DNA from: Tubiluchus corallicola
Lineage: Eukaryota > Animalia > Priapulida
Assembly: GCA_030141605.1 (NCBI GenBank)
Contig: JAQGDQ010001597.1
Coordinates: forward strand, 1 to 33,081
Length of the DNA stretch: 33,081 bases
Direction: 5' to 3'
Below are positions 1-11,284 of the stretch, one piece after another (within the stretch, counting starts at the first letter, position 1; every line of letters starts with the position of its first letter). The notes beneath the pieces are model-generated. The model made no database searches, had not been told where the DNA came from, and saw only the letters and a list, made by a program, of their open reading frames with translations. Both the position numbers and the translations under genes were made by a program.

Positions 1-189
1 AACTTTAAATGAGAATTAACCGTTAATCTTGTGCGTATAGATCATATAAACCCAAAAACGGTAGGTAGATAGATACATATATGTGTACATGTATATCATT
101 GTATATACAAGTAAGTAATATGGTGCATTGTAATACAAGTAAGTGGTACATTGACAGATAATCACATAATTCAAATTCGTAACTATTTA

Positions 190-502
190 AAAAATTTTTT
201 CACTCTTTAAGGCTCACTCAAAGTCGTAGTTACATATTATGTTCTCCTTTCTCAACTTTCAGGTTTATTGCTCTTATACCACTGCTATTATTACAACATT
301 TACTTCATCCTTATTTATTTACATTAAGTTATCTACAGTAGCATGCATAACTATAATCACTTTTTCATTTAAGTAAGGTGAGTGTGTTAATGACCGTATG
401 GTCGTACACTCACCTCGCACTACTCAAATTATTTTATGTTTATTAATTAATGTGTTTGATAATGTGTTTTTTGATGTGTGAAATAAAATTCATAGTTCAT
501 AG
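190..502 (+). mobile_element. Degraded LINE 3' end (CR1/L2 group) with terminal stem-loop
   Basis: FSLFKAHSKS-like ORF2 tail, hairpin aggtgagtgt...gacc-gtat-ggtc...acactcacct (376-415), then aataaaa(ttcatag)2. The tail is of the same type as 22832-22857. Confidence 0.5.
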
Positions 503-1098
503 TTAAAAAATATTAAAGTTCGAATTTTTTGCATGTTTTCCAATCCACATGTATTCTAAAATTTTGTGGTTCTCTCGTAGCATTCAATAACAATTTAATA
601 TATCTAAAAACGTTCAGTGAACCTACTCTTAACTTTGAGCATAAACACTTTCTGTAGGTATGACTAAAAGTGATAACAAAGGAAATAATTATATACGTTT
701 TCTTCAGAAATTGAACAAAAATAACAGCCATGTTATCATTTATCATTAACTTTATTTAATATCATTATCATTAATATTAATGGTTTACTAATTTTCAACT
801 AAAAATTCGCAAAGTCGCTTAAAATAATTGATGTGCTCACTTAAATAAATTTTATCTTACAAGATTTTTCACCTTTAGTCGCAAATAACTATACTATTAT
901 TTACAATAAAGAAATTTTACAAATATTTAGATACATGATAAAATACATGCACAATAAACGAGATCTATTATATATCAGTGACATAATTATGGTTTTAAAA
1001 CTGAACTGTTACATAATGAAAAAACATCGTTTTCAACACGAATAATACTTTTAAACTGTGCAACTTTTTGCTGAGTTTAATGAAATTAAATAGCCTTT

Positions 1099-1104
1099 TT
1101 TATT
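1099..1104 (-). promoter_or_regulatory. Candidate Hhex polyadenylation signal (AATAAA)
   Basis: First canonical AATAAA I found on the minus strand downstream of the stop codon. ATTAAA variants occur earlier (about 1550-1573 and about 2194) and another AATAAA lies at 751-756. AT-rich background makes this weak. Confidence 0.3.
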
Positions 1105-1709
1105 TTATAAAATGCTCAAAGTTTTCCAGATAAAAAGTCAAGAATTGACAATTATAGAGTAGTTCAATCTCCAAGTATGGACCTTTTCACACGTTCATAA
1201 TTCATAATAAGTTTCTCCCACATTTTAGTTGCTTGCCAAGCCAACGATTCAAACTATAACGTGTCACGTGTCTAAAACAACAAAAATTACCCTGTATCCA
1301 TTTTCATCAGTTTTGGGTTTTCATAAGCTGCGTGTAAGAGCTAAAAATATATCACGAACAAGCCAGCTTCAATCGAGCTTAAAGCTATACTCTTGTGAAG
1401 AAATCACACATTCCACGAACTGTTTCAATAAAACGGAAACACCAAAATTGAATATTAAATCTTAAATTTAAAAATGCGATACACGATTGCATGTATTTCA
1501 ATTTTTGACAGAATTTCTGACCTTCTAATTATATCTCTTAATACAATGTTTTAATAATGCAACATAATTTAATTGTTTGATTTTATCTCACATCATCTTT
1601 TTTGAGTTTGTCAGCCAAATTCACAAATCTGTAAACGTTGGTAATACTGTGGCGCTGTCTAGTGTTGCATAGATTTTCTGCATCCATTCAGACACAAAAG
1701 GACACGTTG

Positions 1710-2575
1710 TATTTCTTTACAATAATAATAAACTTGATAATGTTAAATTCTGCATATCGAAGCGGTAATTTTAGGCATGTGTGCCTTTGAGAGAAACAAC
1801 AGATTCAGGTACATTGCGATGTGCCGCAAGGATCAACATTAGGACCAACACTATTTCTTTACAATAATAATAAACTTGATAATATTAAAATCTGCATATC
1901 GAAGCGGTAAGTTTAACATGTGTGCCTTTGAGAGAAACGACAGATTCAGGTACATTGCGATGTACTGCAAGGATCAACATTAGGACCAACACTGTTCCTT
2001 CACAATAATAATAAACTTGATAATATTAAATTCTGCATATCGAAGCGGTAATTTTAACATGTGTGCCTTTGAGAGAAACGACAGATTCAGGTACATTGCG
2101 ATGTGCCGCAAGGATCAACATTAGGACCAACACTATTCCTTTACAATAATAAAAAACTTGATAATGTTAAATTCTGCATATTGAAGCGGTAATTTTAATA
2201 TGTGTGCCTTTGAGAGAAATGACAGATTCAGGTACATTACGATGTGCTGCAAGGATCAACATTAGGACCAACGCTATTCCTTTACAATAATAATAAACTT
2301 GATAATATTAAATTCTGCATAACGAAGCGGTAATTTTTACATGTGTGCCTTTGAGAGAAACGACAGATTCAGGTGCATTGCGATGTGCCGCAAGGATCAA
2401 CATTAGGACCAACACTGTTCCTTCACAATAATAATAAACTTGATAATATTAAATTCTGCATATCGAAGCGGTAATTTTAACATGTGTGCCTTTGAGAGAA
2501 ACGACAGATTCAGGTACATTGCGATGTGCCGCAAGGATCAACATTAGGACCAACACTGTTCCTTTACATAATAAT
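1710..2575. repeat. Tandem array, 6 x 141 bp, derived from a LINE reverse transcriptase fragment
   Basis: Unit marker 'acaat' at 1719, 1861, 2002, 2143, 2284, 2425 and a partial at 2566. The + strand of each unit reads about EKRQIQVHCDVPQGSTLGPTLFLY. Confidence 0.95.
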
Positions 2576-2611
2576 ATTAACCAATAAACACGATTTAACT
2601 ATTGCTAAAAT

Positions 2612-2800
2612 CTATGTAGTGCCGATCGCTTGCCCGGGCACAGAATCCGTCACCTCTAAACCGACGTCTATCTCCTCATCAGCCGCTGAACCGGACTCAT
2701 GACGGTCGGGTGAGCTGCACGGGCTTCTTTCACTGGCTTCAGATCTCGGGGAAGAGATTCCGTCTCTCATTTCTTTGTTTCCTTCTGTATTTGGCATTTC
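2612..2800 (-). CDS. Hhex: Hhex terminal coding exon 4, acidic/Ser-rich C-terminus (may instead start at 2815, adding VILLQ)
   Basis: ttgcag|GAA phase-0 acceptor, then EMPNTEGNKEMRDGISSPRSEASERSPCSSPDRHESGSAADEEIDVGLEVTDSVPGQAIGTT*. It starts E-x-P like human ENPQSNKKE, and DEEIDV resembles human DQEVDI. GC-richer than its flanks; TAG at 2614-2612. Confidence 0.85.
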   Translation of the reverse strand, partial: EMPNTEGNKEMRDGISSPRSEASERSPCSSPDRHESGSAADEEIDVGLEVTDSVPGQAIGTT

Positions 2801-3288
2801 CTGCAATAGAATTACCTGCACATAAAACCAGTTTCCAGGTGTGAGAAATTGGGTTTCTTTGTTGTGTTACGTACAAGTTATGCACGAAATCCGGGTTCGA
2901 TTCCCAGTTAAAAACATTTTTAGCCTTTTTCATTTGCAATTTGCAATTCAGATTTTTGAGTTTATTTCAATTATGAAGCTGCAAAGCAAATTAAGCACCC
3001 GACATTTTTTCATTAGCAAATCTTTTCTATGACAAGCACTTAACTATTTAGCCTAAAGAATTGAAATTTAATGAGTAATAATGATTGACTTTCACAGTGG
3101 AACGCAGTGCAACAGATTTTACCGATTCAACCCGAATTTTTTAATTGATTTCGTATATGCAAGAAAACTCGGCTAAACATACTAATTATAATTGAACATT
3201 AAAATCATGAAATTTGAATCTATATATAAATGTTTGTGACCCTTCTCTGTAAGTTTAATACACATGCATAAATAACTATAATTACGTT

Positions 3289-3408
3289 ATATAATTTCTT
3301 GGAATTATGTGATTACTAAACAAAAATTTTGTAAAATAAAAATACTAAAAATACTAAAAATTTTACAAAATTTTTGTTTAGTAATCACATAATTCCAAGA
3401 AATTATAT
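3289..3408. repeat. Perfect inverted repeat, 49-bp arms, 22-bp spacer
   Basis: 3289-3337 is the exact reverse complement of 3360-3408; the spacer is made of aaaaatact repeats. Confidence 0.95.
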
Positions 3409-3699
3409 CTAGTGCCATATTCATAATTAAAAAATGTTCTGACAGCAGTATTATATACTAAGTTTACGAATATTGTGCAAATTAAATTTCATCCATAGAC
3501 TAGAACAATTCATTGCACACATATACGATGCAAATGGCGAAATGCATGTAACAGCGAAGAACTAGTGGCGCGAACGTGAAATTGTGTTTGTGTGGTAAGA
3601 ATTTTTTCAAGTAAGTCATTTTTGAAAAAATAGAATGTTTCCTTTCAATATTTTAAAGAATAAGTTGTCCAATAGTTTAAGAGTGGGTCCAGTTTTGCT

Positions 3700-4095
3700 T
3701 ATATATATATATATTAATTATTTATTTGTCATTAAAATGGTTCACTCATTATAATAAAATTGAGTAAGCCTCAGCGTAATGTTAAAATAACAACACTGTT
3801 CAAGACAAATGCGTCCAGTGCAGACTAAAAAAACGAAAGTGCAAAAATAAGGCCTAATTATATACAATACATGGACATATTTACAGACACCATATTAAAA
3901 TATTTTTACAAAACAATATTACAAAAGTACATTAAATTTTACTTGACATATTTTACACTATATATACATTTGACATGACACAATTAACACAAACATGTTT
4001 TACATTAAATAAATTTCACTCATTACATTTACACTATTTATACATTTGACATTACAAAACTAACATAACACGTATTACATTACATAATTCTTTAA
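3700..4095 (-). mobile_element. Retroposon 3' end, family B, copy 1, with (TA)n tail
   Basis: About 390 bp closely matching 14556-14950; shares its terminal hairpin and ATTTTAATGACAAATAAA with LINE family A. Confidence 0.75.
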
Positions 4096-4132
4096 AAAGA
4101 CTAATTTTACTGTACAATTATAAAACATTTAA

Positions 4133-4594
4133 CCCTTTCAGTCCCAAATTATTTTTTTAAATAAGAAAAAAGTTTTTTGGCTTGGTACTTTTGTTCAGTA
4201 TGTCCATCTTGTTTACACATAATAATTATTTTTTTTCTACCTGTGCCCGTGTGCTAAATATAGCCTGTATCCCACGGGATACATTGGGATTCAATGGAAG
4301 CATAAAATGTGCTTCATTTTGCAACTGCTGATAATTTTTCAAAGTATTTAAGACATTTAGTATGCATGCTATGCTGATCTGTACAAAGTCGTCTCTAAAG
4401 TACTGTACCTTGCACAGTTTTTATGCTATGTAGATTTTCTAGTTTGCCATTTTATCACCATCTTTAGTCTATTGTTATTGGCTTAAATCAAAATAACTAT
4501 TAACAGATCAAATAACTGTCAGTTTTAAAATTTTATTAATTCTAAAGGCAGAAAATATTCTCGTATCCCACGGGATACAACGGGTATGAAAGGG
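4133..4594 (+). mobile_element. piggyBac-like non-autonomous MITE, copy A (orientation arbitrary)
   Basis: TTAA|CCCTTTCA ... TGAAAGGG|TTAA; internal palindrome GTATCCC-AC-GGGATAC occurs twice; four further copies in the window. Confidence 0.92.
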
Positions 4595-5136
4595 TTAAAT
4601 AAAAAACGTATTCGTATCACATCACTCTATATCTAATCACTGCTCGTTTCAGCAGTGAAAACTTTAACATCGGTTAACAGTGGAAAACAACAACAACAAC
4701 GTCTAAAGTGCCGCACAAAAGCTTTTAACAAGTTTTAACAAGCAATTTGCGGCGCTGTACAAGTGTTTGATGGACTTTCAAACAACAAGAACTGTTAACG
4801 AGTGCACAAACACAAAACCTGGTATCTCCTATACAGAGGTTAACAGCTGAGGGGAAGAAGGGGAGGAAATTGAGGCAGTTTTTCTGATTGCTGGGTTTGT
4901 TTTCGTTGAACTAAATACTAGCCTCTTAGCGAATGACCTGTATTCGAAGGTGGAATAGCTAGTATAAGTTTCTCTGTCTGCATACTTGACCGCTGACCAT
5001 TATGCTGAATGTGCGTCTGTAGCTTTGGAACAATAAACATACTAATAGTACACAAAGCTAGAAAACTTCGTCTTGAAATCTTAATATATACATATCCTTT
5101 GTTTTGTTTTTAAATTCGTGTTTATTTATCGTTTAA

Positions 5137-5577
5137 CCCTTTCATACCCGTTGTATCCCATGGGATACGAGAATATTTTCTGCCTTTAAAATTAATAAAA
5201 CTTTAAAACTGACACTTATTTGATCTGTTAATAGTTATTTTGAATAAAGCCAATAACAATAGACTAATAATGGTGATAAAATGGCAAACTAGAAAATCTA
5301 CATAGCATAAAAAACTGCTCAAGGTACAGTACTTGAGAGACGACTTTGCACAGATCAGCATAGCATGCATACTAAATGCCTTAAATACTTTAAAAAATTA
5401 TCAGCAGTTGCAAAATGAAGCACATTTTATGCTTCCATTGAATCCCAATGTATCCCGTGGGATACAGGCTATATTTAGCACGAGGGCACAGGCAGAAAAA
5501 AATTATTATTATTTTGAACAAAAGTACCAAACCAAAAATTTTTTTCTTATTAAAAAAATAATTTGGGACTGAAAGGG
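5137..5577 (-). mobile_element. piggyBac-like MITE, copy B (inverted relative to A; about 20-bp internal deletion)
   Basis: TTAA at 5133-5136 and 5578-5581, CCC/GGG ends, reverse complement of copy A. Confidence 0.92.
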
Positions 5578-5792
5578 TTAACACATAAGACTGAACGTGT
5601 TTATCTAAAGTTTGTTCTGGGAAAGTATTATCAGTGTTTGTCGTGTCACGTGTATATATTTGTAAATGAAAAGAATAAGCAAATGAGTTAATACATCATG
5701 ATGTACTTATTTACATTATCATTTCATAACATATAACATGTAAATGAAAATATAAAACTGTTAGTAGATTTAGTAGACGTTAAAACTGATAA

Positions 5793-6050
5793 CAAAGACA
5801 AGAAAAGGGGCACCTGAAGTAGGTTTCAGAAAATCGCATTAAAAAATTATACTACTTTACGGCAATTTTATGCGCATGTCGTACTCGCGTTGAAAGGATT
5901 TTTCGTTTGTTTTCATTTTAAATCTCCCGCAATACTGTTCCGACGGCGCCATTACATGACGTCACTACGCAAACGTAAATCAGGGGAAGAAAAGGAAATG
6001 CTAAATTGTGTCCCAAAAAGCTTCCCGTGCAAATCTATTTTACTTAGCAT
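5793..6050 (+). mobile_element. Fragment of a second Kolobok/T2-like family
   Basis: Aligns by eye with 13193-13428 (acctgaagtaggtttcagaaaa...aatactgttccgacg...cgcaaacgtaaatcaggggaagaaaagg). Confidence 0.6.
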
Positions 6051-6109
6051 TTCACTTACCTGCTGGAAAGACTTAAATAACTAGACTAATAATTTAAAAT
6101 GTTTGTGCC

Positions 6110-6262
6110 AATTGGTAAAATGTCGCTGACTCACCCTCCAGGGTGCGCCATTCACTAGCCAAAAACGTATTTTTAATCTTAATGACAAGATACAGTAATT
6201 TTAAATTTTATTTAGTTAGTAACTTGTGCGCTACGAATGCTCTGATTATTTTTTCAAACTTT
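6110..6262 (+). repeat. Dispersed repeat family X fragment
   Basis: Shares gtgcgctacgaatg(c/t)tctgatt and flanks with 24584-24820, and in reverse with 17520-17852 and 31272-31525. Confidence 0.65.
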
Positions 6263-6737
6263 TTTACGATTATAAATAATGTACGATTATTTAAGAATGA
6301 TGCATTTTATATCAGATAGAAACTACTGGAAGCGTTTAGTACATAATATAAAGTCATGTATACATTGGAATATTTTACAGTTAGTAACATAGTTAATAAT
6401 AACAACCGAATAATAACAACTTCAACAGATCATTATTTCCTAAGGCAGCTATTAAGCTATTAAGATATTAAGGTTTTCCGGCAGAAGTATTGCATTTAAT
6501 TTATTAAACATAACAACCCTAGCTATAAGTTTCAGGGCATATTAATTTACTTCAGTGCCTCCTAGGCGCTTTTTATTGAATTTTACTAGTCAAAGAACTT
6601 TCAGACTTCAATTACTATTAGGTTAGTGGGCCCTAAACTAAAAAAGAGCAAAACGATACTAATAAACTTTCAAATAGAAACGTCGATGTGAGCACTGGCT
6701 TCTACAGAATAATGCAGAGAGAAATAACGATTAAAGA

Positions 6738-7154
6738 TTAAAGAAGAAGTCAAGCTTTTTTGGGAAGTTAGGCTGATTTCATTGTCCTGGAAAATGTTAA
6801 AATGATTTACTGTTAAATGTGCGACAAGCTCCTCGTGTAAATGGTAAAATCACTCAAAGTTATCATTTCACGCTTGGGTGCTCCCATTCTTCCACCAATG
6901 ACGTCATTCACTGACAATTTTCGTCAAAAGTATAACAAGTATTTACAGAAAATCAGATTAGTTTTGAAGTCCACCAGTTACGTCATAACTTTCAAGTGAA
7001 TGGCGGTTACCACCGCGCGTAAAAATTTCTATACAGCGGTAGCATAAAGTAACTTGCTTGCAAATAGACGTTTTTTTGAAATTTCTTTGTTATATTTTTC
7101 TAAGTTAACAGTAAAATGAACCCATCTTGCTCAGTGGCTCGTACTTTCCTTTAA
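6738..7154 (+). mobile_element. Kolobok/T2-like MITE, diverged copy (TTAA included)
   Basis: ttaaagaagaagtcaagc ... gctcgtactttcctttaa; the internal cccattcttccaccaatgacgtcatt is shared with 18951-19500 and 31582-32313. Confidence 0.7.
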
Positions 7155-7437
7155 GAACTAAGAGTTAATCGTTAATAATGGCACAAGACGTTAACTTGCT
7201 GCATTCTTGAGAACCAAAAAAGCCAAGAGTTCCACGCTTGCTGCTAAGTGTCTACTAAACACTAAACATCTTTACCATTTCCTGACACTGAACACCAATT
7301 GAAAGATGTTTGTATTTACAGTGATTACAAGCAAGTATAGAGACAAATCACACGCCGTCTGTTTAACTGCCTTTTCCTGCCCAACACGTGGACCGAACAA
7401 GGGCAGATTCAAGTCTATGACCAGTAAACTTCAATCC

Positions 7438-7547
7438 CAGGGCCGGCCTTAGGTAATTGGAGGCCCTAGGCGAAGTGAATTTGGTGGCCCCAAATGAAAT
7501 AGAAAAATAAAAAATAAATACGAAAAAAATAAAATTACGCAATTTAC

Positions 7548-7637
<90 letters not shown>

Positions 7638-7744
7638 GCAGCATGTTCGCATAAGGCAAAAAAAATGTTACCTCGGCGTGAGACCCCCTGGAGGGTGAGG
7701 CCCTAGGCGGTTGCCTAGTTTGCCTATGCTTAAGGCCGGCCCTG
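7438..7744. mobile_element. hAT-type MITE containing an (AG)n microsatellite
   Basis: TIR CAGGGCCGGCCTTA / TAAGGCCGGCCCTG; perfect 8-bp TSD TTCAATCC at 7430-7437 and 7745-7752; (AG)n at about 7548-7633. Confidence 0.93.
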
Positions 7745-8472
7745 TTCAATCCCATAAAAGTTTCTTCTAATTCCCTACAGGTGGCGCTGAATTCGACAAC
7801 GGCTTAACCCTGAAAACCGTTTCTTAATTACACCGCAAATATAGGTAAAATGTTTTTTTTTTTTGAAAAATAAGCACGATTGGCACATCGTAGGTGCGCC
7901 CTCTAACGAATAAATTAGAAATAGATTGGAGAGGCAGGCATGGCCCACGGGCGGTGCAGTAGATCCTGGATTGCTCGTGTAATTTTGGATGAGCACACTT
8001 GTACAGCATCATTAAAGTTCAAGCCAGCTAAATGAGTTAACAACAAGCAGATGCGGAAGCAGAGGAAGAGGATGAAAATCGCGACTATTTGTCTTCGGTT
8101 AATTGGATGAGGACTGTACATCCTTGGAACCACTAATGCCGCCAGCGCCAATAGGGATTACCGCGAGAGGGCGAATTTTGATTTAGGAATCCAGCAGACA
8201 CATGCTAGGGTACAGGATAACCGATGTATTTAGACTTGATGTGAATTTGATAGGGAATTTAAACCGCCAATTACAAGATGATTGAATCTGATGATAGGGA
8301 GCCACTTCACCGGTAGGTGAAGCTGTTGAAACTGGTAGCGGCACTGGCAGCCAGTCGCCAGATTAAGGAGATAGACAGACAGACAAAGAAACTTTGTGGA
8401 AGATGTGACTAACAGGTGAGACAGGTTTACAGGTGAGACAAGATATTAGATCGTGTTGCAGATTAGCATTAA

Positions 8473-8931
8473 GGTTAGGGTTAGGGTTGGAGTTAGAGTT
8501 AGAGTTAGGTTTGGGGTTGGGGTTAGGGTTAGGGTTAGATTGGAGTTAATGTTAGGGTTAGATTGGAGTTAGGTTTAGGATTAGATTTGAGTTAGGTTTA
8601 GGGTTAGATTGGAGTTAGGGTTAGGGTTAGATTGGAGTTAGGGTTAGGGTTAGATTGGAGTTAGGTTAGGGTTAGATTGGAGTTAGGTTTAGGGTTAGAT
8701 TGGAGTTAGGGTTAGGGTTAGATTGGAGTTAGGGTTAGGGTTAGGTTTGGGGTTGGGATTAGGATTAGATTGGAGTTAGGGTTAGGTTTGGGTTTGGGAT
8801 TAGGATTAGATTGGGGTTAGGGTTAGGTTTGGAGTTGGGGTTAGGGTTAGGGGTTGTAGGTTAAGGCGGGTTGGCGCTAGGATTAGTGTTACTGTTAGGG
8901 TTAGGGTTAGGGTTAGGGTTAGGGTTAGGGT
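8473..8931 (+). repeat. Interstitial telomere-like (TTAGGG)n tract, degenerate, with higher-order unit
   Basis: TTAGGG mixed with TTGGAG/TTAGA/TTGGGG; recurring unit TTAGATTGGAGTTAGGGTTAGGG; pure TTAGGG run at about 8895-8930. Confidence 0.9.
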
Positions 8932-9343
8932 AAGAGTAAGGATATTTAAATTGTGTTTTGAATTGTAAACTACATTCTAATTTTTAAGTTGTACGATACG
9001 TATGTACAATCCGTATATTTATATTTATATATATATGTAAATTACATATTACAAAAATGTCGAGTATGGCTTTGATGGCTTCAGTTTAGTTATATATACA
9101 TATATATATATATATATATAAGTACAAAAAGTCTCATATAAGTTTCATCTTCAGTGAGTATGGCTTTTATGGCTTCAGTTTGCGATAACGATTGTTGGAC
9201 GAGATTCCTGTCCTGCCTGCTGCTACTCCAGATCCACTGAAATGAGTTCTCAATAGTTTCGTGCCCTTCATCATCAATCCATTTCAAAGTTGCAGCAAAC
9301 AAGAGCGACCGACGATCAAACATCTAACGATTTTTTCAACCAC

Positions 9344-10103
9344 TAAAGGCGAGCAAAGGGTGCAAGAAATCGAATTCGTATCAAATCGAATTTTTGGTTT
9401 TCGAATTCGAATCGAACCGAATTTTGAAATTTTGGTTGCCAACTGAGTCCTAAACATTTCTCGAACTAATTTCCAATCAGCAATAGAAATAATAATTAGA
9501 ATTTATATCTGAACATGTAATGTCCTTCATTGCAATTCATGCACACGAAATGTGTAGTCAAAATGCAGATACATAAAAATTTTTGTGTACAATTATATAT
9601 ACATACATATATATATATATATATATAATATATAATAATCTTTATTTGTCATTAAAATACATTGATAATCACTGATAAAAACTTTACAGAGATGATCAAT
9701 CAGTGTTAGTTAATAAAAACTTACACTGCTGAAGGCAAATGCGTCAGTGCAATCTAAACTACTGTGCAGTAATGGAAAGTAACGACGAATAAATTAGGCA
9801 GTGAATGTGTGCGATCAATCTTACAATAAAATTGCTTTAAAAATTCATTCACACATAATTTTAATACGAACGCACGCACGCACGCATGCACGCACGCAAA
9901 GAACAAAAAACAATGTAACATCTACAAATTTTAGTATGTACGATAATTCAGAATCCAAATAAGATGTGTTGACTGTTATACTTGAAAAGTTTTAATAATA
10001 AAAACCGAATGTAGTCGAACTTTCTGAATTATTCCAATTCGCATTTTTATACTCGAATCGAATTCGAATCACAGAAAACTCGAACTTTCGACGCTCACCC
10101 CTA
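9344..10103 (+). mobile_element. Older hAT-type element of the same family as 21759-21996, interrupted by a LINE tail
   Basis: cgaattcgaatcgaaccgaa subterminal motifs at both ends, right TIR gctcaccccta, degenerate left TIR taaaggcgagc. Confidence 0.65.
9607..9793 (-). mobile_element. LINE family A, 5'-truncated 3' end
   Basis: Reverse complement of about 18450-18622, with (TA)n tail. Confidence 0.85.
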
Positions 10104-11284
10104 ATCTGCAGGCAGCAGAGAACTAAATGAAAATCACAGGAAAAGTGGGAAGTGAGAAAACTTATAATCGTCTCACGTTACAGGCAGTGGAAAATTTACA
10201 GCCTGGAGTTTCACCACGCGAGGCTAATGAGTCTTTTCAAAGGATACGCTTCATAAATTCATCTTGTGTTAATGATTGCCAAGCGGGCAGGTTTACTACG
10301 TGTTGGCTGCCACCACATGGGCGCATTTATTGACACCCAGTGTAACCATAATTGCGAAAAAATGAGCAGATTGTTTAATCCTGTTTTACGCAGGCATGTG
10401 CGCGGCGAGAGCTGAGAAAACAAACCGGGAAAATGAAACAATATGTATTGGCGAAGATGACAAAGCGCCGCGTCGTGGTTGTTTGCAAACAGCCGAGCGG
10501 CGGTGCGCTGAAGTGTTGGGATGTTAACAGGGCCGCCATCACACAAAACAACGCGTGTAAATAAACAGCGCACAATCATCGAGGCGAGAAAACACATATC
10601 ATGGGGAATTATATGCTAAACTTTGCAGCTGATTCGATTAACTGAGTCGACCAGCTTGCGGAGAAGCGAAAAATAAGTCCTGCGTAATCACCGATTTTCC
10701 GTATTAACCGCATTCCCAAAGCTAGCGCGTGTCATGTGCGAAAAAGAGTGACTCCCATCTACAAAATGAGTTTGAAGACCAGCCGTGAAGATCAGAAGAC
10801 ATTCATAAAATTCTGACTTCATACAAGTAATTTTTACTAACAAAATGGAAGGTTTATCATCAATTTTGGGCAACTCCAACTTTCTTTACAGCAAGCCCAA
10901 ATATAGTCATTTTATGTATTGTTCAATTATATTGTATTGTCAGGCCCAAGTACATTGTAATTTCTGATAATGGCACTGAACGACAGGTGATATCAGCCTA
11001 CTACTAATGCCGATTCCAGCTAACTGGCCTGTGACCTGATAGATCCCTTCATTCAATTGAATCCTCCCTCAAAAGAGAGAATCATATCGGAACCCAATTC
11101 GATATTTTTCAGTATCCAGGATTTTTTTCAAAAGTCAAGCGGTTTTATTGACATCCTAGAAACTCTGAAAATGCCAGACTGAACTTTTGAATGGTAAAAT
11201 CATCCTGCTTCGCTTCATGTGTTTGTTAGTTAAGCAGTTACAAGGACAATTTTACATCCTTAAGTACTACACCTGTTCTATTAA

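Noticed and set aside
1710-2575. 141-bp (47-codon) array as a coding repeat
   Set aside because: The RT-like frame has TAA and TGA stops in each unit; no long ORF in the track.
2890-2912. tRNA gene or tRNA-derived SINE (GGTTCGATTCCC B-box)
   Set aside because: No convincing A-box, cloverleaf or second copy; at most a relic.
5333-5584. ORFs in the piggyBac-like MITEs as a transposase or small gene family
   Set aside because: Short, not frame-conserved between copies, no DDD motifs.
7776-7930. Tc1/mariner-like end (TA|CAGGTG...)
   Set aside because: No matching inverted end or second copy found.
8473-8931. True chromosome end or misjoin
   Set aside because: Degenerate repeats, and Hhex exons are colinear on both sides.
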